Assembly (NCBI GenBank): GCA_002269645.1
Contig: NIVC01000059.1
Location: 744,001 to 808,000, forward strand
DNA length: 64,000 bases
Source: Macrostomum lignano
Lineage: Eukaryota
Direction: 5' to 3'
Numbering within the stretch: the stretch's first letter is position 1; every line of letters starts with the position of its first letter. The notes under the pieces were generated by a model, which was given only the letters and a program-made list of their open reading frames with translations, was not told the DNA's origin and did not search any database. The translations under genes and the position numbers were made by a program. Below are positions 60,401-64,000 of this stretch, one piece after another.

Positions 60401-61936
60401 AGCAGCCAGAGTAAGTGCCTGAGCGGTGAGGAGACAGTAGGTCACATGGAGAGTCAGTAGGTCACATGGAGAGTCAGTAGGTCACATGGAGAGTCAGTAG
60501 GTCACATGTGAGAGTCAGTAGGTCACATGCGAGTCAGTAGGTCACATGGAGAGTCAGTAGGTCACATGGAGAGACAGTAGGTCACATGGAGAGTCAGTAG
60601 GTCACATGGAGAGTCAGTAGGTCACATGGAGAGTCAGTAGGTCACATGTGAGAGTTAGTAGGTCACATGGAGAAGTCAGTAGGTCACATGGAGAGTCAGT
60701 AGGTCACATGGAGAGTCAGTAGGTCACATGTGAGAGTCAGTAGGTCACATGGAGAGTCAGTAGGTCACACACATGAAGAGTCAGTAGGTCACATGTGAGA
60801 GTCAGTAGGTCACATGCGAGAGTCAGTAGGTCCCATAGGTCTCATGGAGAGTGAGTGGATCAAGGATGGAGAGTCAGCAGATTCACATGTAGAGAGTCAG
60901 CAGATTCGCATCGAGAGTCAGCAGATTCACATGCAGAGTCAGCAGCGCCACTCACTGCCATCCGAGTAGGTCTCCACTCCGGCTCCGTCCTGCATCCCCA
61001 GTTGCCAGGTGCCCTCGTACCTGGCGCCGCTCGCCTCACTCTCCCTGACGCCGTAGCGGCCCTTGAAGCCGGTCATCCACTCGCCCCTGTACACCCAGCG
61101 GCCTTTCACCTCCACGCCGACTCCGTGTCGCTTGCCGTGTCGCCATTCGCCTTCGTAGGTATTGCCGCTCGGCCAGATGTACACACCGGAGGCCTCGAAG
61201 CCGTCCTCCCAGTAGCCAGCAAACTCTCCTTGACCGCGCGGCCCCGTGACCAGGCCCAAGCCGTGAGCCTTGCCTTCGCTCCAGCCGCCCACGTAGGCCC
61301 CGCCGTCCTTGTAGAGATCGAGTATATATGAGTGAGAATATCAATGAAAACTGCCGATTATCGATTTTGTTGGGCTGCGCCCTTCTAGTTTACTAGTGCA
61401 CCTTGCCCTTCAGTTGCCCTTGTTTTCGTAAGCCTCAACCCTGGCCTAGCCTTTCTGCACCCAGCCCCCTGTCCAATTCCTGTCCAATCTGGGTGCTTGC
61501 CCCACCCCCTCCCTCTTTGCCCCGCCTCACCCTGGGGCTGCTCGCATTGGCTGGCAGGCTGATAAGCCGCCTGGGCCCCAGGGTTTGGCTCGCCTCTCTC
61601 CTTTCCACCCCACCCCTCCCCCCTTTTGTGCGGTCTTATTTAAGTCTTATTGCGGTTCTGTTTTCGGCCTACTGCATTCTGTTAATTTGTTCGTTAGCTT
61701 CGGTGTTCGCTGGCTCTTTGTTTCGATCAACGTACTTAATCTCGCCAATAAATACTTCGCTAAAACTACTAAGTCCAAGAAAGCAGAGGTGAGCTCGTAC
61801 TTCGTCCTTTGGGTTGCCGTGAGGGGCCGGGAGTTGGAATAGAGACACAACACTAGAGAGGCATCACACTCACACAGGGTGATGTACACACTCTCTGACT
61901 CACCTCAAAGTCAAATCGGCCTCCGTCGGTTGTCAT
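52695..61936 (-). CDS. JPH: Junctophilin, 895 aa, 9 exons: 61904-61936, 60956-61307, 59876-60418, 58658-58955, 58343-58461, 57157-57793, 56010-56273, 54629-54965, 52695-52799
   Basis: [11 protein letters not shown]|[16 protein letters not shown]; MORN repeats; EAYFG|DWKQDKRAG; YAPDFHQPG; [10 protein letters not shown]; C-terminal [22 protein letters not shown]. All introns are GT-AG with consistent phases (2688 nt). Confidence 0.95.
52981..53463. repeat. 18-bp minisatellite TACAGCTCACACAGGGTG, JPH intron 8
   Basis: Direct inspection. Confidence 0.97.
55628..55995. repeat. 21-bp minisatellite CCCCTTATCCCGACATTGGCK, JPH intron 7
   Basis: Direct inspection. Confidence 0.95.
56412..57125. repeat. 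20-bp minisatellite GAGTCAGTGAGGGTCAGGTT, JPH intron 6
   Basis: Direct inspection. Confidence 0.97.
57870..58270. repeat. 10-bp repeat GGTCAGGTAG, JPH intron 5
   Basis: Direct inspection. Confidence 0.92.
58495..58665 (-). repeat. 33/34-bp repeat containing the exon 4 donor junction, JPH intron 4
   Basis: ATGACCAG|GTGAGT is present five times. Confidence 0.95.
58970..59850. repeat. 24-bp minisatellite TTATTTTGGTGAACTAGCTTCCGG, JPH intron 3
   Basis: Direct inspection. Confidence 0.96.
60432..60945. repeat. 20-bp minisatellite GAGAGTCAGTAGGTCACATG, JPH intron 2
   Basis: Direct inspection. Confidence 0.95.
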
Positions 61937-62544
61937 GGCAATAACAACAACCAGATGACGCCCCAGCAGTTGGTGGCGCCTCGCCTGTCTCTGCAGAACG
62001 CCGATCCGGGTGCCTGACTCAGCTTCCGGACCCCGCCGAGCTGCCTGGTCGGACACAGCAATTAGCGGGCTTCAGTCTGTTTCTAAGAAAACGCTAGCTA
62101 GCACTGCTGGCCGGGTCGGAGAAAGTTATAAACGAAACAGAGGCGGCGATATCTGCCGGCCAGGACTGCACAACATGTACAGCCAAACTATTGGCAACAC
62201 GAGCTCAGAGTCTCAGAGTCCAACTTAAAAAAGCTCTTCCGCTGAAATTTTCAATCTGTTCGAAATACTTTAGAGCTTATTTTCTTACAAGCCGGTTGCC
62301 TCTGTCTCTCTCTGATTTTTACTGAAACAGAAGTTCCAGGGCTTGGCAAACTACTTTTTCTGTTATCCACCTCTCCCCTGCATTTACGCACATACCGAAT
62401 CCCCGCGCTCGAAGTTCGACGACCCAAGCCAGCGGGGCGCAGCATTTCCATTCGCCATCCAACCCCAGCCTCCGCCAATCCAGCTAAGGATATCTACGAA
62501 CGAACCTGGACTGGAAGAAAGATCTGCATCTGGTTAGAGACAAG

Positions 62545-63310
62545 CACCCTTGGTGCTGGCGCCCCTGGTGCTGGCGCCCCTGGTGCTGGCGCCCGTGGTG
62601 CTGGCGCCCGTGGTGCTGGCGCCCCTGGTGCTAAAGCCCCTGGTGCTAAAGCCCCTGGTGCTAAAGCCCCTGGTGCTAAAGCCCCTGGTGCTAAAGCCCC
62701 TGGTGCTAAAGCCCCTGGTGCTAAAGCCCCTGGTGCTGGCGCCCCTGGTGCTGGCGCCCCTGGTGCTAAAGCCCCTGGTGCTGGCGCCCCTGGTGCTAAA
62801 GCCCCTGGTGCTAAAGCCCCTGGTGCTAAAACCCCTAGTGCTAAAGCCCCTGGTGCTGGCGCCCCTGGTGCTAAAGCCCCTGGTGCTAAAGCCCCTGGTG
62901 CTAAAGCCCCTGGTGCTAAAGCCCCTGGTGCTGGCGCCCCTGGTGCTGGCGCCCCTGGTGCTGGCGCCCCTGGTGCTGGCGCCCCTGGTGCTGGCGCCCC
63001 TGGTGCTGGCGCCCCTGGTGCTAAAGCCCCTGGTGCTAAAGCCCCTGGTGCTAAAGCCCCTGGTGCTAAAGCCCCTGGTGCTAAAACCCCTAGTGCTAAA
63101 GCCCCTGGTGCTGGCGCCCCTGGTGCTAAAGCCCCTGGTGCTGGCGCCCCTGGTGCTAAAGCCCCTGGTGCTAAAGCCCCTGGTGCTAAAACCCCTAGTG
63201 CTAAAGCCCCTGGTGCTAAAGCCCCTGGTGCTAAAACCCCTAGTGCTAAAGCCCCTGGTGCTAAAGCCCCTGGTGCTGAAGCCCCTGGTGCTGAAGCCCC
63301 TGGTGCTAAC
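62545..63310. repeat. 15-bp two-variant minisatellite GCCCCTGGTGCT(AAA/GGC), probably in a JPH 5'-UTR intron (62530-63358)
   Basis: About 51 units; the minus strand has AG|GTGAAT upstream and CTTGTCTCTAACCAG| immediately downstream. Confidence 0.9.
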
Positions 63311-64000
63311 AATTTCAAATTTCAGCGGTTATTAAAAGGACTACGAGTATATAATTCACCTTAAAAACTTGTTGGGCCAATTTTCTAGTCCAGACCCAGG
63401 CCGATTTCCAGAGGTCCCTGTCATCCAGCAGCCCTCATCAATGACCAGAGCTTCTTTTAGTATCGACCCGGAATTGCTATGGACGGAAGGACAGCCCGCG
63501 GGTGTAGCGGTGAGAGAACGGAATGAAGCGCATGGGCATTATGCGCCACGAGGGACTGGAATAATGGGAAGACAGGGGGAGGCGGGGAAGACGGGAGATG
63601 GGGAGAGCAGAAACCTGCCCCATATTTTTATGGGACGAATGTCGAGGGATGGGGGCGGCGTCTTCTAGTTTAACCACACGTCCGGGAGCCCCCCCCCCGC
63701 AGCGCCATGCCAGGCCCTCAGCACGTTTTGGGATTTCGAATGCAGGGGAGAACTTGCAAGTTGCCGCACAACCGCGCGTGCGCTTCGGCGTACGCGGCCT
63801 TCGGGAGCTACCCAAGTCTGTCTGTCTGTCTGCCTGTCTGTCTTTCGAGAAATTTCAAAAGCCCGTGAGCTGTAAATTTCAAATAGTCACTTCTACTAGC
63901 TCTTAATTTCAATGGACTTCAGCGATGTAAATTTCCAAGCTTACTACGACTTCGTCTGTCGGTTTTTCGTCGTCCAAACCGTCTGCATTTTTAACGCCCG

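Overview
Eukaryotic (invertebrate) genomic DNA. The intron-filling minisatellites and the gene set suggest a free-living flatworm such as Macrostomum, which is an inference. From left to right: two tandem intronless CK1/TTBK-like kinase genes that lack canonical catalytic motifs; a complex ~4.9 kb duplication that leaves a 5'-truncated kinase copy and an orphan innexin terminal exon; a truncated, intron-containing Helitron; an intact 2-exon innexin; a young Gypsy LTR element; a 22-exon TRPA1-like channel (~1260 aa, minus strand) carrying a second Gypsy element in intron 19; and a 9-exon junctophilin (895 aa, minus strand). I reconstructed both multi-exon genes by hand with GT-AG sites and consistent phases. 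The most unusual signal is in the introns: about 20 of them carry a minisatellite, almost always of a private unit, and several are built from splice-site sequence. One array consists of ~45 tandem YYYCAG|GT units resembling recursive splice sites. Two arrays of one 14-mer lie in inverted orientation around exons 5-18 of the TRPA gene. All coordinates were counted by hand and may be off by a few bases, especially at repeat edges.
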